64,000 nucleotides of DNA. Source: Thermoplasmata archaeon. GTDB taxonomy: Archaea; Thermoplasmatota; Thermoplasmata; Lutacidiplasmatales; UBA184. The notes under the pieces were generated by a model that saw only the letters and a program-made list of their open reading frames with translations, had not been told where the DNA came from and searched no databases. Shown one piece after another: positions 43,948 to 52,722 of this stretch. The position numbers and the translations under genes are program-made. Every line of letters begins with the position of its first letter. Position 1 is the stretch's first letter. Where the stretch lies: contig JAKIWE010000001.1 of NCBI GenBank assembly GCA_022750195.1, positions 244,672 through 308,671 of the forward strand. The letters run 5' to 3'.

Positions 43948-45254
43948 TGCCGGCCCGACGCCCTGGACCCACCGACCGGCGCGACCGGAGCGCGGCCGAG
44001 CTTGCCGCGCCGCGCGCCCCGCTCCAGCTGCCCCGACCTGCGTACGACGGCCGGTCGATCGTCAACGTCTCCTCGACGGTGTTCCGGCGCTTGCGGCCCG
44101 ACGATGACCCCGAAGGGCTCGCGCCTCCGCTGGCGAGCGACCTCGACCCATGGGACCGAGGGACCCCGACGGGGACGGTCGTCCTGCTGCTCGTGGACGG
44201 CCTCGGCTGGAACGCGTTCCGAGGCTGGACGCGCGGGGGCGGCCCGAACGCCACGGCGTGGGATCGCCTCGCCCGGCCGATCACGACCGTGTTCCCGTCG
44301 ACGACGACCACCGCGCTGGTCTCGCTCTCCTCCGGGACCACGCCCGCCCAGCACGGCTTCGTCGGCTACCGCCAGTACCTGCCCCGGTTCGGCCTCGTGG
44401 CCGACATGCTGCACATGAGCCCGGCCGGGCTCTACCTTCCCGAATCGCTCACCGGCCCGGCGTTCGTCCCCAGCGACGTCAGTGGTTCGCGCTCGCTGTT
44501 CCGGCGGGGCCTGCACGCCGCCGCGGTCTCCCGGGACAAGTTCCGGACGACCGGGTTCACCCGGGTGCTGTACGACGGCGCCGAGTATGTGCCGTACGCT
44601 ACCGCGACCGATCTCGCTCGCGCCCTCGCCTCGGTGCTCACGCGGCCTCGCCCGCCGCCCGCGGTCTTCGCCTACTGGGACGAGCTCGACACGATCCAGC
44701 ATCTGCACGGTCCGGACCCGGCATGGATCCGGTTCGAGCTCGACAGCTTCGCCGAACTATTGGCTCGCGTCGCGCGGGCGATCCCGGCGGGGCGGCGGCG
44801 TCAGACCACGCTGCTCATCACCGGCGACCACGGCCAGGTGCCGACGACCCCCGGAGCACGGATCCGTGTCGAGGAGGAACCGACGATCGTGCGGGAACTC
44901 GCACGCCCGGTCGCCGGGGACCGGCGCGGCAACTTCTTCGCGGCCCGCCCGGGCCGGCTGCCAGCGCTTCGTACGGCGCTCGAACAACGGCTTCCGAAAG
45001 GGAGCCGGATCGTCACCGTGTCGGACGCGGTTCGGTCCGGCCTGTTCGGCCCTCCGCCGTACCACCCGGAGCTGAGCGACCGGATCGGCGACCTTCTCGC
45101 GCTCGTCCAGAGCCCCGCCGCCGTCACCTATCGCCTCCCGGGCGCCGCCGACCCGCCGCGGTACCTTCTCGGTGGCCACGGTGGGCTCGAAGCCGACGAA
45201 CTCATCGTTCCCCTGGTCGCGGGTACCCTCGACCGGTTCGTCCGGGAGAGGTAG
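43947..45254 (+). CDS. Alkaline phosphatase superfamily protein (type I phosphodiesterase/nucleotide pyrophosphatase, COG1524-like)
   Basis: VVLLLVDGLGWNAF, TVFPSTTTTALVSLSSG (nucleophile region) and LLITGDHGQ motifs. The ATG overlaps the upstream TGA by 1 nt. Confidence 0.8.
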   Translation: MPARRPGPTDRRDRSAAELAAPRAPLQLPRPAYDGRSIVNVSSTVFRRLRPDDDPEGLAPPLASDLDPWDRGTPTGTVVLLLVDGLGWNAFRGWTRGGGPNATAWDRLARPITTVFPSTTTTALVSLSSGTTPAQHGFVGYRQYLPRFGLVADMLHMSPAGLYLPESLTGPAFVPSDVSGSRSLFRRGLHAAAVSRDKFRTTGFTRVLYDGAEYVPYATATDLARALASVLTRPRPPPAVFAYWDELDTIQHLHGPDPAWIRFELDSFAELLARVARAIPAGRRRQTTLLITGDHGQVPTTPGARIRVEEEPTIVRELARPVAGDRRGNFFAARPGRLPALRTALEQRLPKGSRIVTVSDAVRSGLFGPPPYHPELSDRIGDLLALVQSPAAVTYRLPGAADPPRYLLGGHGGLEADELIVPLVAGTLDRFVRER

Positions 45255-45319
45255 CCGCGGGTAGGGCGGTCCCTTGGCCGCCGCGGAAGCGTAATGGACC
45301 CGGACCGGCGTCTAGGGAC

Positions 45320-47083
45320 ATGGCCGAGCTACGGCAGCCCATTGTCTCGTTGCTGGGCCACGTCGACCACGGAAAGACGACGCTCCTCGACCGGATCGCC
45401 GGTTCAGCGCGAGCGGAACGCGAGGCCGGAGGCATCACGCAGCACATCGGGGCCGTCGAGGTCCCACGCGCCGCCATCGAGCGGCTGAGTCTGGGGATCG
45501 TCTCCACCGAGAACTTCGCCGTCCCGGGTCTCCTGTTCGTCGATACGCCCGGCCACCGATCGTTCGAAACGCTCCGACGGAGGGGCGGTGCCCTAGCCGA
45601 CCTCGCCGTGCTCGTGGTCGACTCCCGCGAAGGGGTCATGCCGCAGACCCGAGAGTCGATCCAGATCTTGCGTCACGAAAAGACGCCGTTCGCGGTCGCG
45701 ATGACCAAGATCGACCTGATCGCCGGGTGGCGGAAGCCGACCGGACCGCTCTCGATCCTTTCCCAGATCACCAAATCCGGGGACGAGTACGGCAAGCAGC
45801 TCGACGCTCGCGTCTACGCGCTCGCGGAAGAGCTGGACGGGCTCAGCTTCTCGGCCGACCGGTACGATCGGGTCAGCGACTTCACGCGGAACGTCGGCAT
45901 CGTTCCGGTCTCTGCCCGCTCCGGCGTCGGCGTCGCCGAGCTGCTCGCGCTCCTCGTCGGGCTCGGTCAGAGGTTCCTCAAGTCCGAGCTCGCGATCGCC
46001 ACCGAGGGCGGCGAGGCGACGATCCTGGAGCGCTCCGATCAGCGCGGGGTCGGCCCGGTGAGCAGCGTCATCGTCTACCGGGGCCGGTTGCGCGTCGCCG
46101 ACGAGGTCGTCGTGACGGGCCGTACCGGTCCGTTCGCGACGCGGGTTCGAGGAATCTACCGGCCCCCGCCGCCGGGACGGGGCAAAGGTGGCAAGCATCC
46201 GGCGCTGGTGTCGGCCGAGGCGGTGGAGGCTGCGGCGGGGGTCTACCTCTCGGCGCCCGGGATCGAGGACGCCATGCCCGGTGGGCTCCTGAAGGTGGTC
46301 CCGAGAAGCGCCGACCTCGAGCGGGTCCAGGTAGAGCTGGCCAAGGCGAGCAACCCGGTGACCGAGACCGCGGAAAGCGGAGTCGCGTTGGTCGCGGACA
46401 CCCTCGGGGGCCTCGAGGCCCTGGCGTTCGAGTGCCGGGAAGCGAAGATCCCGGTCCACGTCGCCCACGTCGGACCGGTCCACGGCGCGCTCCTCCTCCT
46501 CATGTCGACGGTCCGCGACCCCCGACACCGCGCGGTGCTCGCCTTCAACGTCCCGGTCCTGCCGGAGGCGCTCGCCTCCGGGGCGAGCGCGGCGGTCAAG
46601 GTGTTCCCCGGGGAGGTGATGTACCACATCCTCGAAGAGTACCAAACGTGGTACGCCGAACAGACCTCGAGCCTCGCGCAACAACGACGGGTCGACACCG
46701 TCCATCCGGCGAAGCTCCAGGTCCTTCCGGGCTTCGTCTTCCGCACCTCCAAGCCCGCGGTCGTCGGCGTGAAGGTCCTCGGGGGAACGCTACGCCCCGG
46801 GGTCCGCTTGATGAAGATCGACGGCACCGAGGTCGGTCTCCTCAAGTCGCTCCAGGAGGACGGGGTCTCCGTCGCCCAGGCCGCGGAGTCGAAGGAGCTC
46901 GCCGCCTCGATCGACGGGGCGGTGGTCGGGCGGAGCCTGAACGAGGGCGACCTGCTCTACGTCTCGATCCCCGAATCCGCCGCGCGGTCCTTCAAGAGGG
47001 AGGAGCTTTCCCCGGGGGAGCAGAGGGTGTTCGACGAGGTCCTCCGGATCCGTCGGAGGACGGAGCCGTTCTGGGGCCAGTAG
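45320..47083 (+). CDS. infB: Translation initiation factor aIF5B (IF-2)
   Basis: MAELRQPIVSLLGHVDHGKTTLLDRI start, DTPGH and TKID motifs. 587 aa from the ATG at 45320; the track ORF from 44150 is an in-frame read-through of the upstream gene region. Confidence 0.95.
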   Translation: MAELRQPIVSLLGHVDHGKTTLLDRIAGSARAEREAGGITQHIGAVEVPRAAIERLSLGIVSTENFAVPGLLFVDTPGHRSFETLRRRGGALADLAVLVVDSREGVMPQTRESIQILRHEKTPFAVAMTKIDLIAGWRKPTGPLSILSQITKSGDEYGKQLDARVYALAEELDGLSFSADRYDRVSDFTRNVGIVPVSARSGVGVAELLALLVGLGQRFLKSELAIATEGGEATILERSDQRGVGPVSSVIVYRGRLRVADEVVVTGRTGPFATRVRGIYRPPPPGRGKGGKHPALVSAEAVEAAAGVYLSAPGIEDAMPGGLLKVVPRSADLERVQVELAKASNPVTETAESGVALVADTLGGLEALAFECREAKIPVHVAHVGPVHGALLLLMSTVRDPRHRAVLAFNVPVLPEALASGASAAVKVFPGEVMYHILEEYQTWYAEQTSSLAQQRRVDTVHPAKLQVLPGFVFRTSKPAVVGVKVLGGTLRPGVRLMKIDGTEVGLLKSLQEDGVSVAQAAESKELAASIDGAVVGRSLNEGDLLYVSIPESAARSFKREELSPGEQRVFDEVLRIRRRTEPFWGQ

Positions 47084-47738
47084 CTCCTGCCGTCCCGCCC
47101 GCTGCGATCGCTTCGGCGTCCTCGGGGCCGCGGGAGACCAGGCGAGGAGGACCTCGGTAGACCCCAGCGCGGAGGAAGACCCCGAGGAAGAGGGCCAACG
47201 CTCCGATCGCTGCGAGGATCACGAGGGAGGCATCCACTAGAAGTCCGCCCACGCCGGCAAGTCCGGATCCCGAGGTGATGGTCTGGCGGAGGGTGAAGGA
47301 GATCGAGCCGCCGGACGCCCCCGCGTTCGTCCACTCGAGATAGAGAGGTCCGGAGAGGCGACCAGAAAAGCTCCAGCTGCCGCTGCTCTGATTGGTCCAG
47401 GTGGCGAGCGGCTGGAGGAAGGGAGCGCACGGGAGTCCACCGCCGCACGAAGGTCCGGCCCCCCAGGGCCACGAGACATTGAGATCGACCGTCGATCGCC
47501 AGGTGAGCAAGAAGGTCGCCGACGCGTTGACGGGGTCGATCGCGGGGGACGATCCAGCGGCCTTTGCCGGGGCTGGCTCGGGCAGGCCGGTGAACGTGTG
47601 AACGCTGGTCGACGGACCGGGGGCCGCCGGGAGGTAGAGGGACGCGAACGTTCCAACGGTAAGCGTGAGGAACGCCACGCCGATCACCACCAGCCCGGGC
47701 CGCACGACCCTCGGACGCCCGGCAAATCGGAAATACAC
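46992..47738 (-). CDS. Bitopic membrane/surface protein, hypothetical
   Basis: N-terminal hydrophobic GLVVIGVAFLTLTVGTFASLYL, then a ~150-aa Ser/Gly/Trp-rich domain, then a C-terminal TM LLVDASLVILAAIGALALFLGVFL. Its low-complexity tail overlaps the 3' end of infB by 92 nt. Confidence 0.5.
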   Translation of the reverse strand: MYFRFAGRPRVVRPGLVVIGVAFLTLTVGTFASLYLPAAPGPSTSVHTFTGLPEPAPAKAAGSSPAIDPVNASATFLLTWRSTVDLNVSWPWGAGPSCGGGLPCAPFLQPLATWTNQSSGSWSFSGRLSGPLYLEWTNAGASGGSISFTLRQTITSGSGLAGVGGLLVDASLVILAAIGALALFLGVFLRAGVYRGPPRLVSRGPEDAEAIAAGGTAGATGPRTAPSSDGSGGPRRTPSAPPGKAPPS

Positions 47739-47800
47739 TTCGTCCCGGAGGAGGTCCCCTCGAAACGGTCGTTTTTCGTCCTGCGTAAGCAGAGGACGGC

Positions 47801-47808
47801 CTAAATAC
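47801..47808 (+). promoter_or_regulatory. TATA-like element (ctaaatac) 25-32 nt upstream of the proposed tfb start
   Basis: The spacing is consistent with a leaderless mRNA. Confidence 0.35.
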
Positions 47809-47832
47809 GCCCGAGCGAATGCATGCCAACCC

Positions 47833-48792
47833 GTGACAGGGTCTCCCCCGACCTACGAGGCCCCTTTGGGGGCCGCTCCGGCGGGTGAACGCCCTCGGTG
47901 CCCGCTCTGCCAGAGCCTCGGCCGCGAGACGGACCCGGGGACCGCGGAGACCCATTGCACCGAGTGCGGGCTCGTCTTCGATTCCCAACCCGTGGTCGCC
48001 GCGCCCCCTCTTCCGAGCGCCCCCGGCGGTTCGGACGGCAGCGGCCGAGGGATCGGCCCGTTCACCGCCCCGGGCGGAACGCGACGGCATCTCGGCTCCA
48101 CCCTGTCGATCCGCCGCGACGGCCAGGGTCGCCCGCTCGGCTGGCAGAAGCGGTACGAGTTCCAGCACCTGCGCCGGGTGATGGAGCGGCAGACGTCCCG
48201 CGCGATCGAAGGTCCGCTCGAGCGCTCCCAGGCCCGCTCGGTGATCGCCTTAGCCGGTGACCGACTCGGACTACCCCCCCTTGTCCTGGCCGAGGCCGAG
48301 CGGGTGTTCGCGGCGGCCAAGGTCCGAGGGCTGTTCCGCGGCCGTAGTCTCCCGGCCAGCGCCGGCGCGGCGGTCTACGCCGCGTGCCGGCGGTACTCGA
48401 TCCCCCGAACGCTGGGCGAAGTGGCACGCGCGCTCGGGGCACGCCGCTCGGAGATCGGGCGCGCGTTCAAGGTCGTCCACCGTGGCTGCGACACGCCGGT
48501 GCCCTCGCTCGGGGCCCGGGCGTTCCTGGCCCGGTACGCCGAGGAGCTCGCTCTCTCGCCCCGGGTGAAGTCCACGGTCGATTCGATGATCGACCGAGCG
48601 AACGAGAACGCCGAACTCTCCGGTCTCTCGCCGCACGGCCTCGTCGCCGCCTTGATCTACTTAGCGGCGGAGCGCTCCGGCGAGCGCCGTTCACGAGCGC
48701 AGGTCGCGCGGGTGGGCGCGGTGACCGAAGTGACGCTCCGCTCTACGAGCCGACTCGTTGAGCGGTTGCTCGGTTCGGACGAAAAAACGTGA
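47833..48792 (+). CDS. tfb: Transcription initiation factor TFB
   Basis: Zinc ribbon CPLC...CTEC, B-reader region, and two cyclin repeats (LGLPPLVLAEAERVF..., YAEELALSPRVKSTV...). GTG at 47833 chosen, giving 319 aa. Confidence 0.9.
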   Translation: MTGSPPTYEAPLGAAPAGERPRCPLCQSLGRETDPGTAETHCTECGLVFDSQPVVAAPPLPSAPGGSDGSGRGIGPFTAPGGTRRHLGSTLSIRRDGQGRPLGWQKRYEFQHLRRVMERQTSRAIEGPLERSQARSVIALAGDRLGLPPLVLAEAERVFAAAKVRGLFRGRSLPASAGAAVYAACRRYSIPRTLGEVARALGARRSEIGRAFKVVHRGCDTPVPSLGARAFLARYAEELALSPRVKSTVDSMIDRANENAELSGLSPHGLVAALIYLAAERSGERRSRAQVARVGAVTEVTLRSTSRLVERLLGSDEKT

Positions 48793-48798
48793 GCCGGG

Positions 48799-49023
48799 TC
48801 ACTTGAGCAGGTGGTAGCCGGCCGCCTTCTCGCGGACCTTGCGGCGAGCGAAGCCCTTGGTCTGGAGCTCTTGGAGGGCGTTCATGACCATCGTCTTGGG
48901 GAGCTTGGTCGACTGGGTGATCCGTTCGGCGGTCCCCATCTTCTGTTCGGAGAGCATCGCCATCTCCTTCATCGCCTTGTAGACCTTGACGCCGTTGCCC
49001 GACAGCTCGTCCTCGATCCCCAT
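48799..49023 (-). CDS. Small Lys-rich winged-helix DNA-binding protein (74 aa)
   Basis: TAERITQSTKLPKTMVMNALQELQTKGFARRKVREKAAGYHLLK. Start placed at the internal ATG, because the longer track ORF overlaps the deacetylase gene. Confidence 0.6.
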   Translation of the reverse strand: MGIEDELSGNGVKVYKAMKEMAMLSEQKMGTAERITQSTKLPKTMVMNALQELQTKGFARRKVREKAAGYHLLK

Positions 49024-49110
49024 CCGCCGACCCGGGCGCGGCGAGCTGGGTTCGGTACTTAAGCGAGCGGCGGTCGCGAGGCCCTCGGGAGCTCGGAGGA
49101 TGGGGAACCA

Positions 49111-50268
49111 TTGACCGAAGCCCGGATCGTCTGGGACCCTCGCTTCCTCGCCTACGATTTCGGACCGCAACATCCCTTCACCGAACGATCTCGCGGTCTC
49201 GCGGTGGAGCTTCTCCGGCGACTTTCGGAGGGAGCGAGCGTCTCGTGGGAAGAGCAGGTCGATCCCCTCTCGCGCGAGGAGCTCGAGCGTTTCCACCGCC
49301 GAGAGTACATCGACCTCGTTGAACGACTAAGCGCCCGAGGGCAGGGCGAGCCACTCGACGCAGGGGACACCCCGTCGTTCCCCGGGTGCCACGAGGCCGC
49401 CGCCCGCATGGCCGGAGGCACGGTCGCGGCCGCGCGATGGGCGATGGGCGGGGCGGGCCGTCGCGCGTTCCAACCGGGCGGCGGACTGCACCATGCCCAC
49501 CCCGATCGAGCGAGTGGGTTCTGTATCTACAACGACCTCGCCCTCGCGATCCGGTACGCCCTCGACGGACCCCTGCACCTAGCCCGGGTGGCCTACCTCG
49601 ACATCGACGCGCACCATGGGGACGGCGTGATGTACGGATTCTACGACGACGGGCGGCTCCTGGACATCGATTTCCACCAAGACGGTCGTACGATCTTCCC
49701 CGGAACGGGGGCTGTGGGCGAAACGGGTCGAGGCGACGGCGCGGGACTCAAGGTCAACGTCCCGTTGCCTCCGGGCGCCGGCGACGAAGCGTTCCTACCG
49801 ATCTTCCATCGCGTCGTGCCGGAGCTCCTCCGCTCCTACCGACCGCAACTCCTCGTCCTCCAGCACGGGGTCGACAGCCACGCCGGGGATGCTCTCGCCG
49901 GTCTCCAGTACACCCATCGCGCCTACGCCGAGGCCCTCCGCGTCGTCCTCGAGCTCGCCCATGAGCTCGGCGAGACACCGGTCCTCGTTACCGGGGGCGG
50001 GGGATACACGCCGGAGAACGTGACCCGAACGCTGGCCCGCGCCGGCCTCCGGCTCTTCGGGTGTCCTCCTCCCTCCTTGGATCACCCGTTACCGGAGGGA
50101 TGGCGGTCCGAGTTCCGCCTCCAGTTCGGTCAGGAGGCCCCCGCCGACTTTGGGGATTTAGCTCCGGTCTACCGTTCTCCGTGGACGGAGCACCGGACCG
50201 AGAAGCTCATCGAAGAGCTCGAGGAGGCCATGGGGCGAACCTTCCGGGCTCCCCGGGGTGCTGGATAG
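49111..50268 (+). CDS. Histone deacetylase family (class I/AcuC-like) Zn-dependent deacetylase
   Basis: GGLHHAHPDRASGFCIYNDLALAI and YLDIDAHHGDGV motifs. Confidence 0.9.
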   Translation: MTEARIVWDPRFLAYDFGPQHPFTERSRGLAVELLRRLSEGASVSWEEQVDPLSREELERFHRREYIDLVERLSARGQGEPLDAGDTPSFPGCHEAAARMAGGTVAAARWAMGGAGRRAFQPGGGLHHAHPDRASGFCIYNDLALAIRYALDGPLHLARVAYLDIDAHHGDGVMYGFYDDGRLLDIDFHQDGRTIFPGTGAVGETGRGDGAGLKVNVPLPPGAGDEAFLPIFHRVVPELLRSYRPQLLVLQHGVDSHAGDALAGLQYTHRAYAEALRVVLELAHELGETPVLVTGGGGYTPENVTRTLARAGLRLFGCPPPSLDHPLPEGWRSEFRLQFGQEAPADFGDLAPVYRSPWTEHRTEKLIEELEEAMGRTFRAPRGAG

Positions 50269-50272
50269 CGTA

Positions 50273-50301
50273 TTGCGCCGCTCGCGGGCCCGGGGGCGCA
50301 A
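50273..50301. terminator. Hairpin TTGCGCC-n15-GGCGCAA between convergent genes
   Basis: Seen directly. Function is inferred. Confidence 0.25.
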
Positions 50302-50318
50302 GACGACCGGGCCATCCG

Positions 50319-51374
50319 TTAGAGAATCCGTCCAAGCGTCGGTCGGTCGAGGAGTTCCATGTCGGTGGCCCGGATCCCGTCGGCGACACCTAGGGCGCCC
50401 AGGTGGTCGCTCGGCGCCCCTGCAGCCAAGCCTCGTACGGCGGCGCGACTGATCACCGTGGATGCGACTTCAGCGAGCCGCTCGGCCAATTCTTCGGCCA
50501 GCCAGTCAGCGCTCGGGGCGTCCGGGTTCTCTTCGTAGACCGACCAGAGTGTGTGGTCCCGAGCGAGCACGTACCGGAGGAATCCCGCGAGCAAGCGCTC
50601 GGCTGACGGGTCCAACGACGGGAGGTCGAGCGGTGGGAGGAAGGTGCCGAGATGACGCGCTACACCTCCCCCTTCGGCAACGGCGAGCAGCTCCCACCCC
50701 CCGGGGGCGGAGGCGAGGGCGACACGACCGTGGTCGGGGTCGAAGAACAACGGTAGGTCGGCGAGTCCCGCCTCCGCGGAAGGAGGCTCCCAGGGATCGA
50801 GCCCCGTATCGAGCAGGGTGTCCAGCTCTTCCTGAACCGCTTCACGGAGCTCGCTGTCCATGGACGCGGGGTCCATCCCGACACGACGAGCGTAGGCTCT
50901 AGCTCGGCGCTCGGCCTCGCGCCGATACGCCTCTAACGGCGCAACGGCGATCTCCTTCTCGATGGATGCGAGCTCCTCGTCGAGCCCCTTCGACGGCGTG
51001 GAGGTTGCGTCCGGCCAATCCGCGAGAGGTTCGACATTCACGCCGGGACAACCGAGGACGAGAGAGGCTTGAAGGCGGGCTCCGATGTGGACACCGACCG
51101 GAAAGCTCCGGCACGGGAACGGTCGCGCCCCCCGAACGGTGCACCGCTCCGAGGCGAGGAAGACGCAGGCGCCACCGTCCGGACGGCAGGGGAGCTGTTC
51201 GAATCCCTGGGACGCCGGGAGGAGATCGGTCTCGGGACGGATCGAAAGCAGCTGGTGCGCCTCTACCGCGGAGACCGCGGGAGAGCCGTAGCAGCAGAGC
51301 GCGCATCCCGGACGGCAGGCGAAGTCGAACCCGTCGAGCAAGGTTCTGTCGAACGGCGTCTCGGCCGGCTGCAT
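50319..51374 (-). CDS. YkgJ-family Cys-cluster (putative Fe-S/Zn) domain protein with a long C-terminal extension
   Basis: FACRPGCALCCY...CVFLASERCTVRGARPFPCRSFP. Start moved to the ATG at 51374. Confidence 0.7.
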   Translation of the reverse strand: MQPAETPFDRTLLDGFDFACRPGCALCCYGSPAVSAVEAHQLLSIRPETDLLPASQGFEQLPCRPDGGACVFLASERCTVRGARPFPCRSFPVGVHIGARLQASLVLGCPGVNVEPLADWPDATSTPSKGLDEELASIEKEIAVAPLEAYRREAERRARAYARRVGMDPASMDSELREAVQEELDTLLDTGLDPWEPPSAEAGLADLPLFFDPDHGRVALASAPGGWELLAVAEGGGVARHLGTFLPPLDLPSLDPSAERLLAGFLRYVLARDHTLWSVYEENPDAPSADWLAEELAERLAEVASTVISRAAVRGLAAGAPSDHLGALGVADGIRATDMELLDRPTLGRIL

Positions 51375-51537
51375 CGGGGCCGGCCCAAGCGGACGGCGGC
51401 CTATACGCTGAGTGCGGAGGGGGAAAGGCGGAACGAGAGGCGCTTCGATTCGCCCCGCCCGCAACCGGTCTCCGGTCCTGCCGTGTGGTTCTGCGGGCTT
51501 CAAATAGCCCGCCTCGAGGATTCTCTACTCCACAAAC

Positions 51538-52665
51538 GTGACGACCCACGTCGAGCGGAACGGTCAGGAGGCGGAGCCGACGGTCCTCGTTGCACGGGGA
51601 GAGGTCGCCGACGCCAAGCGCCCCTCGAACCGTGCGAAGTTGCTCCTCAGCCTCCGGCAGTTCCTCGGGCGTCACCCGGTCCTTCTGCTGTTCTTCCTCA
51701 CGCCGGGCATCCCGGAGTACCTATCGGGCTCGAGCCAGCTCCGGGGACTGCTCGTCGCCCCCCCGGTGTTCTTCATCTTCCTGGCGCTGAACGGCGCCCT
51801 GTACACCCCTGGTGTTCTGCTGATTCGCGAAGCGGCTGTCCGGTGGCGGAAGGGTTGGCTGACGGTCTTCGTTCTCGGCTTGGCGTACGGCCTCTTGGAG
51901 GAGGGCGTCGCGCTGAGCACCCTGTTCAACCCCAACGCCGGGGTCGTCGGAGTGCTCGGCGGCTTCGGGCACTGGATGGGCGTCAGCTGGGTGTGGGCGA
52001 CCGGAGTGCTGCTCGTCCACGTCGTCTTTAGCGTCTCCCTCCCCCTTCTGCTCCTCGGACTCGCCCTGCCCGAGACCCGGGGCCGGCCGCTGCTGACCCG
52101 GCGCGGTTGCGCACTCGCTTTCGCAGTTCTCGGAGCCGACGTCGCCGCCCTGCTGGCGATAACGGCGGGGGGCGCCCACTTCTGGATGGGGTGGCCGACC
52201 CTGGCGGCTTCGATGCTCGTGATCCTGGCACTCGTGATCGCCGCGTACCGGATTCCCAAGAGCTGGGAGCGCCCATCTCACTCGGCCCTCCCGAGCCGCC
52301 GCACCGCCGTGCTCGTCGGAGCCTCTCTGTTCCCGGCGATTCTCCTGAGTCAAGCGGCAGGCGGACTGGTGGGTCTTCCCGCAGTGGGCGTCGTAGCGGC
52401 GGTACTGGCCGTAGAGGCCGGCTACTTCCTCTGGACTTGGAACCACCTTCGATCCCCGGGGGCCGAAGGGGTGCAGATCGCCTTCGCACTAGGGCTCCTC
52501 CTCCCTCTCGCGGTGATCGGCCTTCTGGTCGGATTTCCGGTCGAGGTCGACCTGCTGGGGGTCGTCCTGATGGCGTGGTTCTTCCATACCCTCCTGCGGA
52601 ACTATCGACGGGCGAAGTCCGGCCACGCGCTCCGATCACCTTCTGCGACCTCCGCAGGAATCTGA
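51538..52665 (+). CDS. Polytopic membrane protein, hypothetical
   Basis: About 9-10 hydrophobic segments. No family recognised. Confidence 0.6.
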   Translation: MTTHVERNGQEAEPTVLVARGEVADAKRPSNRAKLLLSLRQFLGRHPVLLLFFLTPGIPEYLSGSSQLRGLLVAPPVFFIFLALNGALYTPGVLLIREAAVRWRKGWLTVFVLGLAYGLLEEGVALSTLFNPNAGVVGVLGGFGHWMGVSWVWATGVLLVHVVFSVSLPLLLLGLALPETRGRPLLTRRGCALAFAVLGADVAALLAITAGGAHFWMGWPTLAASMLVILALVIAAYRIPKSWERPSHSALPSRRTAVLVGASLFPAILLSQAAGGLVGLPAVGVVAAVLAVEAGYFLWTWNHLRSPGAEGVQIAFALGLLLPLAVIGLLVGFPVEVDLLGVVLMAWFFHTLLRNYRRAKSGHALRSPSATSAGI

Positions 52666-52722
52666 GTGGTGGGCCGAGTTGTGCCCCTCGGCACGCGGGG
52701 CCCGAAAATGCGGCCGCGAGGC

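Noticed and set aside
44150-45319. N-terminal 390-aa extension of the infB ORF (977 aa in the track). The extension of the nadK ORF from 28007 is analogous.
   Set aside because: The extensions run through the coding region of the upstream gene in another frame. They are Arg/Pro-rich. Canonical N-termini (MAELRQPIVSLLGHVDHGKT and VKIGITANPQK) start at internal codons that give typical protein lengths.
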